From NCBI GenBank assembly GCA_040758525.1, contig JBFLVQ010000001.1, positions 1 to 53,502 of the forward strand: a stretch of DNA of 53,502 nucleotides, read 5' to 3'. Below are positions 17,700 to 27,593 of the stretch, piece after piece. This stretch comes from Acidobacteriota bacterium (lineage in GTDB: Bacteria > Acidobacteriota > Blastocatellia > Chloracidobacteriales > JADJPF01). The notes under the pieces were generated by a model. It was not told the DNA's origin and searched no databases. It was given only the letters and a program-made list of their open reading frames with translations. Within the stretch, counting starts at the first letter, position 1, and every line of letters starts with the position of its first letter. Both the position numbers and the translations under genes were made by a program.

Positions 17700-19427
17700 T
17701 TAAGAGTGCTTGATGGGAAGGATCACATAGAAAGAGGTGCCTTCCCCAACCTTACTATTCACTTTGATACGACCACCATGGTTGCGCACAATACCAAGTG
17801 AGACCCAGAGCCCTAGCCCTGTTCCTTTCTTGCCTTTGTTAAGAGAATAGAAAGGTTCAAAGATGTTATGTAGATCGCGCTCCTCTATGCCTATGCCGGT
17901 GTCAGTAAATTCTACTACCACAGAAGGGGCAAGCAGACTCTCTTCACTCATTTCATCCTGTAGACTGGTGGTAATGGTAAGAGTGCCACCGTTCTCCATT
18001 GCCTGTTGACTATTAAGGATAAGATTGAGAAAGACCTGCTTCAATTGATCTGCTGAAGCAACTACTACCGGAATATTCGCTGCCAAGTTCATCTCAGTCT
18101 TGATATGACCCTGTTGCAAAGTCTTGCCTACCAGCACCATGGTTTCATCAAGAAGTTGATTGATATTGACTAGCGCTAGTTCTGTACGACCAGAAGGGCG
18201 AGGGAAACCGAGCATCTGTTTAATGATCCCAGAGACCCTTTCCGTCTCTTTGCGTGCGATCTCTAAGAAACGTAGTGTCTGTGGCTCCTGGCGTGTAACG
18301 GTAGAGGTTGTCTCAAGTAGATAGAGCGAGTTCTTGATCACTTCCAGGGGGTTATTCACTTCATGTGCAATCTGTGCCGACATACGCCCAATTGCAGCCA
18401 TCTTCTCAGACTCAAAAAGTTGCTGCTCGACCCGTCGCCGCTCCAATTCACGCAACTTTGCTAGATCATGCAGGATCGAGACAATTGCTGAGACCTTACC
18501 CTGTTCATCACAGATCTTGCCCGAAATTACATCATAAGCGATCCAGGCACCGGTCTGTGGATCGATAAGTTCTAGCTCTGTCTTATTGCGTGTTTCAAAA
18601 TCTAGGCTAAGGTTGGAGATAAAAGAAGCCAGCTTTACTTTGTTAGAATTGACTGCCTCACATACTACTTTAGCGGCACCATTATCGGCTTGGAAGAGTG
18701 CTTGTGCGCGTTGATTGGTAAGAATAAAGTTTAGCTCAGCATCACATACCACGATTGGCACACCAACATTTTCAAGTATCAGTTCCAACTGATCGCGTTC
18801 ACGGCGCGCTTGTGCTTCAGCCTGTTGTAGGCGTTGGAAATTCATCTCCAGTTCCTTACCAGCGCGTCGTAGTGCAGTAACGTCACGAAATACGGTCACC
18901 ACTCCTACTGAACGGTCATAGTTATCTTTGGAAGGCGTAGAGATTACTTCAAAATGTAGTTCTGTCCCAGTAACAGGATCAATAAGGGAGAGATCCTGTT
19001 TTATTTTTGCCTTATCATCTGCTGAGCGGGCGGCTAAATAGTCAGTAAAGCGAGTGTGATTAAGTTCGCGCAGTTGGCGCAAGGGAGCTGGATCTTCGGG
19101 AGAAAAATTCAATAACTCGGTGGCACGGCGGTTTTGTAATAGTACCTTATTGTTAAGATCTGTGAGTAGAATGGGGTCGGCCATCGACTGCAGAATTGAT
19201 TCCATCCACTCCTTTTCACGCTCTAACTGGTCCAGCATATAAACAGGTTTAGCCTCCCGCCAACACTCTTTTACGGTCGCATCTGCTGACTTGCTTGAGA
19301 GCACCGGCTCCAGGCCAAGGATTGCATGACTCTGGCCGGTAGGATGTGGAAAATCTATTGACACAGATGCACTGGCAGCGACCTCGTGACGGGAATCCCC
19401 TCTCGGTATCGACTGTCTTTTTTTCAT
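17700..19427 (-). CDS. PAS-domain sensor histidine kinase
   Basis: Two or three PAS-like segments. H-box IAHEVNNPLEVI, N-box LNLILNSQQAM, G1 DTGIGI and G2 GTGLGL. Confidence 0.9.
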   Translation of the reverse strand: MKKRQSIPRGDSRHEVAASASVSIDFPHPTGQSHAILGLEPVLSSKSADATVKECWREAKPVYMLDQLEREKEWMESILQSMADPILLTDLNNKVLLQNRRATELLNFSPEDPAPLRQLRELNHTRFTDYLAARSADDKAKIKQDLSLIDPVTGTELHFEVISTPSKDNYDRSVGVVTVFRDVTALRRAGKELEMNFQRLQQAEAQARRERDQLELILENVGVPIVVCDAELNFILTNQRAQALFQADNGAAKVVCEAVNSNKVKLASFISNLSLDFETRNKTELELIDPQTGAWIAYDVISGKICDEQGKVSAIVSILHDLAKLRELERRRVEQQLFESEKMAAIGRMSAQIAHEVNNPLEVIKNSLYLLETTSTVTRQEPQTLRFLEIARKETERVSGIIKQMLGFPRPSGRTELALVNINQLLDETMVLVGKTLQQGHIKTEMNLAANIPVVVASADQLKQVFLNLILNSQQAMENGGTLTITTSLQDEMSEESLLAPSVVVEFTDTGIGIEERDLHNIFEPFYSLNKGKKGTGLGLWVSLGIVRNHGGRIKVNSKVGEGTSFYVILPIKHS

Positions 19428-19546
19428 ATAACACTTCTGTATTCTCTTAATTAAGAATCGTTTGATTTTGCATTAGTACCTGCCTGGGAATCAATAAGTT
19501 AATACCTTTATCGTTAAGTAGGGTGATAACCCCATAACAATTGTTT

Positions 19547-20587
19547 TCAGTTAAGTGAGGGAAGAATAGCCAATAGATCACTTAAGAGACCGTAGGCAGT
19601 CTGGGTAAGGTCAGGCTGTTGTTCAACCAGCGCAATCGTCCCCATAAGATCTGTCTCAAAGATCAGTACATTGGAATACTCATCAATAAAATAGAGTAGA
19701 TCCTCGCTAGCAATCTCTTCTGGCGCAACAGATGCTTTCACCTCGCTATCAGAACGTATCACAGTAGTAACAAGTCTAATCTTTTTACCTGCTAGGCGGG
19801 CAGCAACCAATTGGTCGGTCGATAGCTCGCCTATACCAGTACGAACCACTGCGGTGGGAAGCAGATTGGCACCCATCAGACAGTTAGCCAATACCGTGGC
19901 CTTCACTGCCGCATCCCAACCATCAACATCAAGACTAGCATCAGCCTCTGCAATCCCACGTGCTTGTGCTTCGGCAAGCGCACTCTGATAACTACGGCCT
20001 GTCTCCATTGCGGTAAGAATAAAGTTGGTGGTGCTGTTAACAATACCTCGTAGCTTATTTATCTGTACAAGCGGCAAGGTTCGCTCAACTAAATTGAAGA
20101 TTGGGGCACCATCCATTACTGTCGATTCATAACGCAACGAGAGGTTACGTTCACGCGCCAATGCCCGCAATTGCTGCGCAGCAAAAGCCAACGGGCCTTT
20201 ATTGGCAGTCAAAACATGTTTACCAAGATTGAGAGCATGTCTGATATGGCTACAGGCTGGCTCTCCATCTTCGATATTAAGGGTAGTGGTTTCGATAAGA
20301 ATCTCCGCACGACTCCTCTCAATAGCAACAAATGCATCCGCTACCGGCTGTGCACCCATTAATCCCACTAACGAATCTCCATTACGTACACGTGTTAGTG
20401 CCGCAGTCAGATCCAGACCAGCAGATGAGACTACTGAGCCATGGCGTGCGGTCGCTATCGCTGTGCAGATGAAGCGGACATGGTAACGGTCTTCAATCTG
20501 GTAAGCACGCTCGATAAGCAATTCTGCTAATCGCCGCGCGGCATTACCAAAACCTACTAATATAATCGGTACAGTACGAATAGACAT
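19547..20587 (-). CDS. hom: Homoserine dehydrogenase family protein
   Basis: N-terminal dinucleotide fold PIILVGFGNAARRL. Signature block AEADASLDVDGWDAAVKATVLAN (DP..Dv.G.Daa.K..IL). No ACT domain. No obvious SD. Confidence 0.6.
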   Translation of the reverse strand: MSIRTVPIILVGFGNAARRLAELLIERAYQIEDRYHVRFICTAIATARHGSVVSSAGLDLTAALTRVRNGDSLVGLMGAQPVADAFVAIERSRAEILIETTTLNIEDGEPACSHIRHALNLGKHVLTANKGPLAFAAQQLRALARERNLSLRYESTVMDGAPIFNLVERTLPLVQINKLRGIVNSTTNFILTAMETGRSYQSALAEAQARGIAEADASLDVDGWDAAVKATVLANCLMGANLLPTAVVRTGIGELSTDQLVAARLAGKKIRLVTTVIRSDSEVKASVAPEEIASEDLLYFIDEYSNVLIFETDLMGTIALVEQQPDLTQTAYGLLSDLLAILPSLN

Positions 20588-20724
20588 AGTTTACCAAGCT
20601 CAATAATAGAAGGTGTAAAGGGACATCCCCTGTAGTTAAATATTGACGTACAATCCACCATTGGTTAGATTTGCAACACACTATACAACGGAACGATTTT
20701 ACGGTGGGAGGAAACCATGAGTAA

Positions 20725-21328
20725 AGAGAATGGGCGCCTAAGCCCACCAAAAAATCGCTGATAGTATTTATCGCTGATGGCAATATGCACTATCTCTCTC
20801 TTGCTACTGCTCTGGCGATCGATCCAGGTAATCCTCAGAATATTTATGTGGGTTCTCATATAGGAATATTTCGCTCCCGCACAGGTGGGGGCAGATGGGA
20901 TATAACTTGCTGGTTTACCACGGGTCACGGTCTTTGATTTAGCAATTTCACGGCGTGCCCCGGTCTTACCTGCGGTATTGCATGGGCGTGGTATCTGGGA
21001 ACTTATGCTTGCTCCCGGGGGCGTAGGAGGCGAAGATAAAGAGGCACCTAAGGTGACAGTCTTAAGTCCCACGGGTGGTAAGCAACGTAGTCCCGTACAG
21101 GTCAATTGGGAAGCATCTGACAATGTCGGTATCTTCTCACAATCGGTACTTGTATCGATTGACGGGGATGCCACCTTTAACGACACTAGCACGATTAAGG
21201 GCGATGTATGCTCCGTGCAAGTCCCATTCAGCGGTAAAGTCAAGAAAGCGGTTGTACGTATCGTCTCGCGTAATGCGGCTGGTAATACCGGCTCAGACGA
21301 TTCCAATGTTTTCAAGGTCAAGCCTTAA
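20725..21328 (+). pseudogene. Remnant of a BNR/Asp-box beta-propeller protein with C-terminal Ig-like domain; 5'-truncated and frameshifted
   Basis: Frame A (open 20725-20937) reads ...IADGNMHYLSLATALAIDPGNPQNIYVGSHIGIFRSRTGGGRWDI..., a last-blade Asp-box-like sequence. Frame B (open from 20906 and identical to track ORF 20978..21328) continues GLPRVTVFDLAIS...LHGRGIWEL and then APKVTVLSPTGG...VNWEASDNVG...RIVSRNAAGNTGSDDSNVFKV. A shift is needed between 20906 and 20937. Only about 200 aa of what is normally a much larger protein remains. Confidence 0.5.
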
Positions 21329-21340
21329 AGAGAAACTTAG

Positions 21341-21365
21341 AGATCACAACCTATTTTTGTGATCT
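21341..21365 (+). terminator. Hairpin after the propeller remnant (9-bp stem, 7-nt loop, T-rich tail)
   Basis: agatcacaa (21341-21349) cctattt ttgtgatct (21357-21365), followed by ttgtaat. It begins 13 nt after the stop at 21328. Confidence 0.45.
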
Positions 21366-21411
21366 TTGTAATGAGTATAATTTTTCTATATAGCCTGATG
21401 GAGAATTAATC

Positions 21412-24381
21412 ATGAAAAGAATTATCCTCTACCGGTCGCTTTTATCATTGATACTCTGCCTAAATCTGGTGCTACCGCTGGTTGGTGCAGTAATGGCACA
21501 ACCTCGCCAAGTTCGCAGTCGTGTGCCACAAGCACTGCGTCCACAATCGATAGAGCCTACTATGATGGCTGGCCTGAAGGCAAAGGTGGAAGTGATCCGA
21601 GATAAATTTGGTATTCCTCATATATTTGCCAAGCGTCTTGAGGATGCTGTATTTATGCAGGGTTTCCTGCATGCACAGGATCGTTTCTTCCAAATGGATG
21701 TTACTCGACGTACTGCCGAAGGTACGTTGGCAGAGGTGCTTGGTCCAGGCCCAAACAACAGTGTACTGCTAGGCGATGTACAATTACGCGCACTTGGTCT
21801 ATCACGTAGTGCGGCAGCGGCTTTCCCATTGCTACGGGCAGAGACACGCCGTCTATTAAAAGCCTATACACGCGGGGTAAACTCCTATCTAGCTAATAAT
21901 CCGCTCCCTGCTGAATATCAAGAGTTGAAGATTACCCAGAAGCGTATGTGGACAGAATTAGATTGTCTGAGTGTCGCCAAGGCTATCGCCTTCAGCCTCT
22001 CTTTTGATCTAAATGATATCACCTACACACTAGCATTACAGGCTTATCAGGCAGCCGGCCAGGCACAGGGGTTTGATGGTGCGGCCCTCTTCTATGAAGA
22101 TATGTACCGTACTGCGCCATTCGATCCAACCTTCACAGTGCCAGATGCGCTTGGTCGAAGTGTTAATGAGACGGCTGCAAATACTAGAGAGGATCAAGCT
22201 ACTAAACAGTTGCGCGAGCAACAGCGCACTTGGAGTCAACACCTCGCCCGTACCATTAAGCCAGCAACACTGCGATTGGCTGAGCAATATGTGGCGCGAC
22301 TAAGAGAGATTCCTTACCTTGCTAATTCGGTACGTACACACGATGCCCGCAATGGTAGTAACTGGTTTATCCTTAGTGGCCAACTCACTGAGTCAGGCTT
22401 TCCAATGTTGACCGGTGATCAACATTTTGATTTCAGCACTCCCCCTATCTGGTATCAGATTCAGCTTAATACCAAAGGCGGTGGGGGCGAGCGTCCCGTT
22501 AATGTGATAGGAGTAAGCGTACCAGGGGCACCAGGCGTAGCATTAGGCCACAATGATAATGTTGCCTGGGCTGCTACTATCACCGTCTTTGATGTCACGG
22601 ATGTCTATCAAGAGGAGATCGCGCCCGAATTTGGTGGACTCTCAACTATATATAAAGGCAAGCGTGAGCCAGTAACATTACGTACAGAGACATTCCGCGC
22701 TAATCAGGTGACTGCAGATAAAACTGATAATATTGTCGTCGTACCACCTAGCGACAGTGTGCCGGCCCGTTTTGCTACTGTGCCACGTCGTAACAATGGA
22801 CCGATTCTCGCTTTAGATCTAAGCGCACGCACCGCACTCAGTCTTCAGAATCCTGGTTTAGGTCCAACCTTGGAAGTCGAGGCATTCCTTGATATGAATC
22901 GGTCACGCTCGATTAAAGAGTTTCAACGTGCGCTGCAATTCTTTGATGTTGGTTCAGTTAATATGGCTGTGATCAGTACAAAAGGCGATATCGCCTACTT
23001 CACTACTGGCGAGCTCCCCTTACGCGAGGATTTAGAAGCAGGAAAAGTAAATGGTGTGCCTCCCTTCTTAATACGCGATGGTCGTGGCGGTAATGAATGG
23101 CAATCGCTACGCCGCCGTGAGCCACGTCAAGCCTTACCAAATGATATCCTTCCTGCTGAAGAGATGCCACAAGTGATCAATCCGCCCCGTGGCTTTGTTG
23201 TCAGCGCCAATAATGACCCTGCTGGTACAACTGCTAACAACAATCCCCTTGAGAAGCGCCGACCTAATGGTGGTATATACTATCTGAGTGGGGGGTATGA
23301 TTTTGGTAGCCGTGCCGCACGCCTTACCAGGGAGATCCAACAAGCTGTCCAGAGCGGCAAGAAGATCTCTGTTGAAATGGCAAGACGTTTCCAGGCCAGC
23401 GGTAAGATGCGTGATGCTGAGATTCTAATGCCCTTTATCCAGCAAGCCTTCGCTAATGCTCAGAAACCTGATGCACCAGCAGCACTAGCCGCACTGGCCG
23501 CTGATGCAGGTGTCAGTGAAGCATTAGCGCGGTTTGCTCAATGGGACTTTACTACTCCCACAGGATTGCGTATTGGTTATGATGCTTTTGTGCCTTTTAA
23601 CCAGAGTGAGCCAACTGAGGCACAGATCTCTGCGAGTGTTGCAACAACCATTTATAGTATGTGGCGTTCATTTATTGTTCGCAATACTCTAGATGCGGCA
23701 TTGGCACCACACCAAATAGCCGCTGTGTCAGGTTATGAGGGGGAAATAGCACTCTCGGCGTTACGCAATCTACTCGATAAATTTGCTATGCGCAAAGGTG
23801 TAGGAGCTTCTGGTATCGCTTTCTTCAGCGTGCCTAGCCTTTCTGATGCATCTGCCGAGGCGCAACGTGATTTTCTTATCCTACAAAGTTTGCGCCAAGC
23901 CCTCGATACACTAGCAGGACCCGATTTCGAATTAGCATTTCATGGCTCGACAAATCAAAGAGACTATCGCTGGGGTATGTTACATCGTGGCTTCTTCCCA
24001 CATCAATTTGGCGATGATTCTCGCTTTACGATCCCCTCAATGGATGGAAATTTCCGTTCTCCACTGCCAGGTCTATATGGTATTCCACGTGATGGTGGCT
24101 ATGAGGTACCAAACGCCTGTAGTCATAATGTACGTGCGCGTGGTGTCAATGATTTTATGTTTGTACATGGCCCCAGCCAACGTTTTACTGTAGTAATGAA
24201 GCCGGGTGCAATCGATGCAGTAAATGCGCTACCAGGAGGACAGAGCGGTGATTTAAATAGTCCTTTTCATGACAATCTACTCAACTTCTGGTTAGTATGT
24301 GATGTTTATCCTTTCATTAGTGATAAACAGCGACTTGGCGAGCAAACTGTCGAGCAGCTTATCTTCCTACCAGCAAAATAA
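21412..24381 (+). CDS. Penicillin acylase-family Ntn hydrolase (penicillin amidase / acyl-homoserine-lactone acylase type), secreted
   Basis: Signal peptide MKRIILYRSLLSLILCLNLVLPLVGAVMA. Family N-terminal block IPHIFA...FMQGFLHAQDRFFQMD. Nucleophile context ARNGSNWFILSG. 989 aa. Confidence 0.88.
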   Translation: MKRIILYRSLLSLILCLNLVLPLVGAVMAQPRQVRSRVPQALRPQSIEPTMMAGLKAKVEVIRDKFGIPHIFAKRLEDAVFMQGFLHAQDRFFQMDVTRRTAEGTLAEVLGPGPNNSVLLGDVQLRALGLSRSAAAAFPLLRAETRRLLKAYTRGVNSYLANNPLPAEYQELKITQKRMWTELDCLSVAKAIAFSLSFDLNDITYTLALQAYQAAGQAQGFDGAALFYEDMYRTAPFDPTFTVPDALGRSVNETAANTREDQATKQLREQQRTWSQHLARTIKPATLRLAEQYVARLREIPYLANSVRTHDARNGSNWFILSGQLTESGFPMLTGDQHFDFSTPPIWYQIQLNTKGGGGERPVNVIGVSVPGAPGVALGHNDNVAWAATITVFDVTDVYQEEIAPEFGGLSTIYKGKREPVTLRTETFRANQVTADKTDNIVVVPPSDSVPARFATVPRRNNGPILALDLSARTALSLQNPGLGPTLEVEAFLDMNRSRSIKEFQRALQFFDVGSVNMAVISTKGDIAYFTTGELPLREDLEAGKVNGVPPFLIRDGRGGNEWQSLRRREPRQALPNDILPAEEMPQVINPPRGFVVSANNDPAGTTANNNPLEKRRPNGGIYYLSGGYDFGSRAARLTREIQQAVQSGKKISVEMARRFQASGKMRDAEILMPFIQQAFANAQKPDAPAALAALAADAGVSEALARFAQWDFTTPTGLRIGYDAFVPFNQSEPTEAQISASVATTIYSMWRSFIVRNTLDAALAPHQIAAVSGYEGEIALSALRNLLDKFAMRKGVGASGIAFFSVPSLSDASAEAQRDFLILQSLRQALDTLAGPDFELAFHGSTNQRDYRWGMLHRGFFPHQFGDDSRFTIPSMDGNFRSPLPGLYGIPRDGGYEVPNACSHNVRARGVNDFMFVHGPSQRFTVVMKPGAIDAVNALPGGQSGDLNSPFHDNLLNFWLVCDVYPFISDKQRLGEQTVEQLIFLPAK

Positions 24382-24567
24382 TGAAATGAATGTAGGAAGA
24401 GTATTTTTTATGCTGCTTGTGTTGTTAACTTAATTATAATATCCAGCAGTGACCAGTGACGAGTAAGAACAAATCTAAAGTAATAATATGAATCCCCAAT
24501 CTATTCAAATCTACTTGTCATTGGTCACTATTAAGGTGGTGGGCAACTGGGTAGGCAGGAATCATCC

Positions 24568-27312
24568 ATGAGACAATGTGGAATCTGTGGGAATGTCTAT
24601 GAAGAACAGGTCGCCCAATGTCCTATTGACGGAACGCGACTCTCTTTAGCGAGTGCTTTAATCGCAAATACTACTCGTATGTCCGATCGGCCTATATTTA
24701 ATAGCGGGCTGATCAATACTGACAATAACTCACAACAACTAGCCCCCACTGGCCCTCCTTTTGGACAAGCTTTTTTCCCAAGTTTTGGAGAGTCAACAGA
24801 ATCGATTGACAACAAAACCGATCCTGATCAGTCTCTAGATGGGCCTACTATGGCGCTGGTCTTTCCTCCACCTAATATCGATGAATTGGCTGGTCGTATC
24901 CTTAATAACACTTATCGACTGGAAAAACGCTTAGGCCAGGGTGGTATGGGTACAGTCTATAAAGCTACCCACTTGAAGATCGGTGATACGGTTGCAATAA
25001 AGTTCATTACACCAGAACTGTCTAGCAATCCCACTTTAGCAGCACGTTTCCAGCGCGAAGCACTGGCGGCACGCAAGCTCTCACATCCAGATGCGGTAAT
25101 AATCTATGAACTGAGTGAGACCCTTGATGGACTGCTCTTTATTGTTATGCAGTATGTTGAGGGTGAACGCCTAGATGTCTATCTGAAAAGGACAGAAAGA
25201 CTCTCTGCACCACGTGTATTGCATATACTACGTTGTATTGTAGACGTGTTGGATACTGCACACCGTATAGGCATTGTGCACAGAGATATCAAACCAGCAA
25301 ACCTGATGCTTTATAACAATAGTCGTGGTGAAGAACGCATTAAGGTGCTCGATTTTGGTATTGCCAAACTTATCGACTCGGAGGAGACATTTGACCAATG
25401 GGCGCGTATCACACAGAAAGGGGATATTTTTGGCTCGCCTTTCTATATGTCTCCAGAGCATGCGATGGGTGGGGAGGTAGATGCACGCTCTGATCTATAT
25501 AGCATAGGAGTAATTGTCTATCAGATGGTGACAGGGGAACTACCCTTTACAGGTAAGACTGGGCGTGAGGTGATCGATGCCCATCTTTATCGTGAACCAA
25601 CTCCGCCCTCTCTAGTATATGCTACTAAGATTAACTATGATGCCGTGATATTAAAAGCGATTGCTAAGAAGCCAGAGGATCGCTACCAAAGTATGACTGA
25701 CTTCCTCGCCAGTTTTGCTGCCTTACTCAACAGTGCGACAGTCACAGTAATGCGGGCAAAAAGTCAGGAGTCGCCACTGCCAGAAGCGCTTAAATCTTCT
25801 AAGATGCCTGCCACCAAACCTATGCCACAGGTGAGCAAGCTGCCAGATAAGCCTGCACGTCCAACGGAACCCTTTTTTAACCCATTGCTCAACACCTCGG
25901 ATGAGCTTAATAGAGTCTCGCTTGCTATTCTACCCCTCAAGCGGCTCTCTGATGATCAGGAGATAGAGATGCTCAGTGTCGGCCTGGCCGATACTCTTAT
26001 TAGCGAGTTGGCGGTTGTACAGAACCTGATCCTACGGCCATTGCGCGCTGTGCTTAAATATGAATATATAGACTGGGAGACACTAGATATTGGTCAGCAA
26101 CTTGGCGTTGACTTCGCATTAGGCGCTACGATTCAGGCTTTTGGTCCACGTGTGCGACTCTGTTTCCGTATGGTAGATATCAAACGTAAACAGGATGTTT
26201 GGCGGGATCGTTTCGAAGTCCTTAGTGAAGCCCCGCTAATTATCCAAGATACTCTTACACAATGTATTGTTGAGAACATGGGTATTAATATACGTGAGGA
26301 AGAGAAGGCATTGCTTGCACAAGTGCCTTCGCAAGCACGTATTAGTGCACAACCCTATCATATGCGTGGCCGTTACCTATTTGAGCGCGCCATGGAGATG
26401 CAAGATATAGAACTGGCGCTAGCAATGTTCTTACAGGCAATCGATATCGATCGCTCTTTTGCGCGTGCCTATTTATGTGTAGCACAATGCCATTATCAGC
26501 TCCACAATAATTATAGTGAAGACATCAACCATATCTCTGTTGCTGAAGAGTCTTGTCGCAAGGCAATCGAACTAGATGCCAATATGGCAGAGGCCTACTC
26601 GACATTGGCTACGATCTATCTAGATCTAGGTCGCCGTCTGGAAGCTTTTGATCTTATTAACAAAGCCCTTATGCTATCACCCTATGACCTGGAAGCGAAT
26701 CTTGCGCTAGGACGCTATCATCGCGATAAAGAGCAGTTTGAACGGGCATTCTCGGCCTACAATCGTGCTATGCGCAGCGATCCGAGTTACTGGCGAACCT
26801 ACTGGGCTATTGTTTTTGCATATCTCTACCGTGGTAATTTTGATCAAGCCGAAGCAGTTGCCGCTACTTATCTTAACAATATCGATTCTGAGCAGCCCGC
26901 TATGATCTTTTTAAAAGGATTGATCGCGGTCTATAAAGGCCAACTTGAGGAGGCCGAAGCCTATGCGCTAAAACTTCCTGCTATGGCTACAGATCTACGT
27001 GCATTACTGTTTGCCCAGCTACATGCGGTACGTCAACAGGCCGTACATGCAGAGAATCAGTTAGCCAATGTCAGATACTTTCTCGGTCCAAAAGAGGATC
27101 TATATTATCTACAAGCGCAAGTGCTTTCACGCTGTGGCCAGGTTGCTAGCGCAATAGAGAACCTAGAAAGAGCGATTGCGCTTGGCAATAAGAACTTTAG
27201 CTGGTTTCAACGTGACCCTGCACTGGAGCGTATGCGTACTGCACCAATCTTTTCACAACTACTCAAGGATCGAGGCACTTTCCGCTATCGCGCGGACCGA
27301 GACAAAAAGTGA
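24568..27312 (+). CDS. Ser/Thr protein kinase with N-terminal Cys knuckle and C-terminal TolB-N-like plus TPR region
   Basis: N-terminus MRQCGICGNVYEEQVAQCPIDGTRL. Kinase motifs GQGGMGTVYKA, VAIKF, HRDIKPANL, DFGIAK and GSPFYMSPE. The C-terminus has SLAILPLKRLSDD... and then TPR helices. Confidence 0.92.
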   Translation: MRQCGICGNVYEEQVAQCPIDGTRLSLASALIANTTRMSDRPIFNSGLINTDNNSQQLAPTGPPFGQAFFPSFGESTESIDNKTDPDQSLDGPTMALVFPPPNIDELAGRILNNTYRLEKRLGQGGMGTVYKATHLKIGDTVAIKFITPELSSNPTLAARFQREALAARKLSHPDAVIIYELSETLDGLLFIVMQYVEGERLDVYLKRTERLSAPRVLHILRCIVDVLDTAHRIGIVHRDIKPANLMLYNNSRGEERIKVLDFGIAKLIDSEETFDQWARITQKGDIFGSPFYMSPEHAMGGEVDARSDLYSIGVIVYQMVTGELPFTGKTGREVIDAHLYREPTPPSLVYATKINYDAVILKAIAKKPEDRYQSMTDFLASFAALLNSATVTVMRAKSQESPLPEALKSSKMPATKPMPQVSKLPDKPARPTEPFFNPLLNTSDELNRVSLAILPLKRLSDDQEIEMLSVGLADTLISELAVVQNLILRPLRAVLKYEYIDWETLDIGQQLGVDFALGATIQAFGPRVRLCFRMVDIKRKQDVWRDRFEVLSEAPLIIQDTLTQCIVENMGINIREEEKALLAQVPSQARISAQPYHMRGRYLFERAMEMQDIELALAMFLQAIDIDRSFARAYLCVAQCHYQLHNNYSEDINHISVAEESCRKAIELDANMAEAYSTLATIYLDLGRRLEAFDLINKALMLSPYDLEANLALGRYHRDKEQFERAFSAYNRAMRSDPSYWRTYWAIVFAYLYRGNFDQAEAVAATYLNNIDSEQPAMIFLKGLIAVYKGQLEEAEAYALKLPAMATDLRALLFAQLHAVRQQAVHAENQLANVRYFLGPKEDLYYLQAQVLSRCGQVASAIENLERAIALGNKNFSWFQRDPALERMRTAPIFSQLLKDRGTFRYRADRDKK

Positions 27313-27410
27313 TTTTTAGAGATAACTCACTATCTGCGGTTACCTCATTTTTGGATAAACCAGAATGCTTTACCGCAACTTAGGACAAATCTGTTTGAAA
27401 TAAGGAAATG

Positions 27411-27419
27411 TGCTATAAT
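27411..27419 (+). promoter_or_regulatory. Extended -10 promoter candidate (TGCTATAAT) upstream of the PATAN regulator and array
   Basis: tgctataat at 27411-27419 is a TGn + TATAAT match. There is no good -35 at 17 nt. It lies 130-175 nt upstream of the candidate starts. Confidence 0.3.
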
Positions 27420-27593
27420 GACGACCTAAAGAGGGGCAGTATTTTCCCAAAAGAGTCGGTCTTACCAGCAACAGGATACAAACCGTGCGGTTGATCGGCA
27501 AGTCATATCAGTTTTTAGTGCTGTTACGACTTTTATGGTGAGACGGGTGTGCTATTGAAAAAGATCTCTGGTTCTTGGAAAGTGGTAACCGCC

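Noticed and set aside
19468-19485. Sigma-54-like sequence (minus strand AGGCAGGTACTAATGCAA) upstream of the PAS histidine kinase
   Set aside because: The GG-to-GC spacing is one nucleotide too long (N11 instead of N10) and the -12 element reads ATGC.
20665-21321. 218-aa minus-strand ORF covering the whole 20.7-21.3 kb region
   Set aside because: It is antisense to sequence that translates into recognisable BNR-propeller and Ig-like motifs on the plus strand. The product is Ser/Thr/Pro-rich and low in complexity, with no motif and no SD. It is most likely a shadow ORF.
24449-24528. 15-nt imperfect inverted repeat (gtgaccagtgacgag / cttgtcattggtcac) between the acylase and kinase genes
   Set aside because: It has two non-Watson-Crick positions and a ~50-nt loop, with no U-tract. 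This is too weak to call a terminator or riboswitch-like element.
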